This document shows positions 61,909 to 64,000 of a DNA stretch of 64,000 nucleotides, one piece after another; positions within the stretch are counted from its first letter, which is position 1; every line of letters starts with the position of its first letter. The notes under the pieces were generated by a model, which was not told the origin of the DNA, made no database searches, and saw only the letters and a list, made by a program, of their open reading frames with translations. A program made the translations under genes and the position numbers. This stretch comes from Macrostomum hystrix (taxonomy: Eukaryota; Animalia; Platyhelminthes), in assembly GCA_950097015.1 (NCBI GenBank), contig CATNEN010000011.1, forward strand, positions 310,001 through 374,000, given 5' to 3'.

Positions 61909-62645
61909 GGGATGGGATCAGTGTGCACTTAATGATGAGAGCAGTTTGGGATGGGATCAGTGTCCAGTTAACGATGAGAGCAGTTTGGGATGGGATCAGT
62001 GTCCAGTTAATGATGAGAGCAGTTTGGGATGGGATCAGTGTCCAGTTAATGATGAGAGCAGTTCGGGATGGGATCAGTGTCCAGTTAATGATGAGAGCAG
62101 TTTGGGATGGGATCAGTGTCCAGTTAATGATGAGAGCAGTTTGGTATGGATCAGTGTCCAGTTTATGATGGGATTCGTTTAGGATGGATCAGTGTCCAGT
62201 TTAGGATGGGATCAGTTTAGGATGGGATCAGTGTCCAGTTTAGGATGGGGTCAGTGTCCAGTTTATGATGAGATCAGTTTAGGATGGGATCAGTTTAGGA
62301 TGGGATCCGTGTACAGTTTATGATGGGATCAGTTTAGGATGGGATCAGTTTAGGATGGGATCAGTTTAGGATGGGATCAGTTTAGGATGGGATCAGTGTC
62401 CAGTTTAGGATGGGGTCAGTGTCCAGTTTATGATGAGATCAGTTTAGGATGGGATCAGTTTAGGATGGGATCCGTGTACAGTTTATGATGGGATCAGTTT
62501 AGGATGGGATCAGTGTCCAGTTTAGGATGGAATCAGTGTCCAGCTTATGATGGGATCAATCTAGGATCGGATCAGTGTCGAGTTTATGATGAGATCAGTT
62601 TAGGATAAGATCAGTATCCAGTTAAGCATGGGATCAGAGTGGGAT
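61909..62645. repeat. 39-bp satellite, right part, grading into 23-bp and 16-bp units
   Basis: 39-mers to ~62160, then mixtures of GGGATCAGTGTCCAGTTTAGGAT and GGGATCAGTTTAGGAT. Confidence 0.95.
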
Positions 62646-62757
62646 CAATCTCAGATTCAAATTCAAGACCTGGATGGAATGGGACAGTCGCAGGAAATTG
62701 ATCGGAAGTATGTACCAGCTGTGATCGCATATCAGAAGTAGCGCTAAAGCACACAAT

Positions 62758-63192
62758 TCAAGCAAACTTCTCCATAGCTGACTGCAGTTTCACTGGCATG
62801 AGGACCAGCATTTCCTTCAGCAAGCCCAGCTCAGGCGACATGACCGCGGCCGCGTCGGGAACCCGATCGCAGTAGTCGCTCACCTGGCGATAATTGGACT
62901 CCGCTCGGCGCAGGTTGGCAAGCCGGCGATCCTTCGAAGCTTCGGGTAGGCGAGCGGCTACTCGGCCAGCGTGGAACAGGGCCAGCAGCACCGGCCTGGT
63001 GTCCACCGCCTCAAGTCGGTCAGGCAGGCAGGACTGCGGTGCTGGCAGGCGGAAACTGTCGACGAACGCGTCGAACTGGTTGATCGCGTCGCGGCCAATG
63101 GCGTTGGCTTTGGCCACGGCTGCCGGCGATGGAGTCTGGCCCGCGGCGGCGCAGGACTCGAGCGCTGACAGCTTGATGTCCAGCAAGTCCAC
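62758..63192 (-). CDS. KIFBP: KIF-binding protein (KBP/KIAA1279), last coding exon only
   Basis: After acceptor CAG (63193-63195): VDLLDIKL...FVDSFR...RPVLLALFHAGR...YRQVSDYCDRVPDAA..ELGLLKEMLVLMPVKL, matching the KBP C-terminus as I recall it (RPAMLAKF...IVDYCEKHPEA...ELELSKEMVSLLPTKM). Confidence 0.8.
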   Translation of the reverse strand: MDLLDIKLSALESCAAAGQTPSPAAVAKANAIGRDAINQFDAFVDSFRLPAPQSCLPDRLEAVDTRPVLLALFHAGRVAARLPEASKDRRLANLRRAESNYRQVSDYCDRVPDAAAVMSPELGLLKEMLVLMPVKLQSAMEKFA

Positions 63193-63377
63193 CTGGTGCG
63201 AGAGGGAGAGAAGAACGGAGGCCGGGATTTGCAGATTCATGCAGCTTGGATGGGGGAGGACTGTAGATTGTAGAGGACTGTAGACTGTAGAGGACTGTAC
63301 ACTTGGCGGGGAACTACAGGAGGCTGACATTGTAGAAGTGGAGACTGAAAGATACGTCGAATGAAAGGATGGTGGGA

Positions 63378-63965
63378 GGGAGCGGGACTGATGGATGGCA
63401 GGGAGCGGGACTGATGGATGGCAGGGAGCGGGACTGATGGATGGCAGGGAGCGGGACTGAATGATGAGGGAGCGGGACTGAATGATGGGAGGGAGCGGGA
63501 CTGAATGATGGGAGGGAGCGGGACTGATGGATGACAGGGAGCGGGACTGAATGATGGGAGGGAGCGGGACTGATGGATGGGAGGGAGTGGGACTGATTGA
63601 TGGCAGGGAGTGTGACTGATGGATGACAGGGAGCGGGACTGAATGATGGGAGGGAGCGGGACTGATGGATGACAGGGAGCGGGACTGATGGATGGGAGGG
63701 AGCGGGACTGATGGATGGGAGGGAGTGGGACTGATTGATGGCAGGGAGTGTGACTGATGGATGAGAGGGAGTGGGACTGATGTATGGCAGGGAGCGGGAC
63801 TGATGGATGGATGGAGCGGGACTGATGGATGGATGGAGCGGGACTGAATGATGGGAGGGAGCGGGACTGAATGATGGGAGGGAGCGTTACTGAATGATAG
63901 GAGGGAGCGGGACTGATGAATGGCAGGGAGCGGGACTGAATGATGGAAGGGAGCGGGACTGATGG
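63378..63965. repeat. 23-24 bp purine-rich minisatellite (GGGAGCGGGACTGATGGATGGCA) in the last KIFBP intron
   Basis: About 25 tandem units visible. Confidence 0.95.
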
Positions 63966-64000
63966 ATGTAAAGGATGAACGAGACGTAAGGTTTAATGAA

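Noticed and set aside
58959-62182. ORFs 58959-59477, 61523-62182 and 61923-62168 (SSLGWDQCPVNDE repeats) as proteins
   Set aside because: They are by-products of a 39-bp (3n) satellite and run across the LINE junctions.
62160-62645. Telomeric or interstitial telomere repeat
   Set aside because: TTTAGG is always followed by ATGGG; there are no (TTAGGG)n or (TTTAGGG)n runs.

Overview
Eukaryotic, intron-containing invertebrate DNA. GC-rich exons, AT-rich introns with minisatellites and tRNA-derived SINEs resemble a lophotrochozoan, possibly a Macrostomum-like flatworm, but the species is not verifiable here. Conserved genes in order: 3' part of CFAP43 (+, to 14017), PDCD6/ALG-2 (-), PSMD5 (+), a divergent DLK/LZK-type MAP3K (+), an SLC20/PiT phosphate transporter (-) with nested DNA transposons in one intron, an intronless LicD/fukutin-family gene (+), and the last exon of KIFBP (-). 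The most unusual locus is 46.5-57.8 kb: four apparently intronless paralogues sharing a signal peptide, a temptin-like domain and a C-terminal TM helix. Two carry a complete copper type II monooxygenase core but no DOMON domain. Two replace the catalytic part with a Ser/Thr/Pro stalk, and one of these has an in-frame TGA exactly at a conserved Cys. The end of the window holds a decayed LOA-like LINE inserted with a 10-bp TSD into a 39-bp satellite. All gene models and family calls were made by eye and from recalled motifs; no searches were run.
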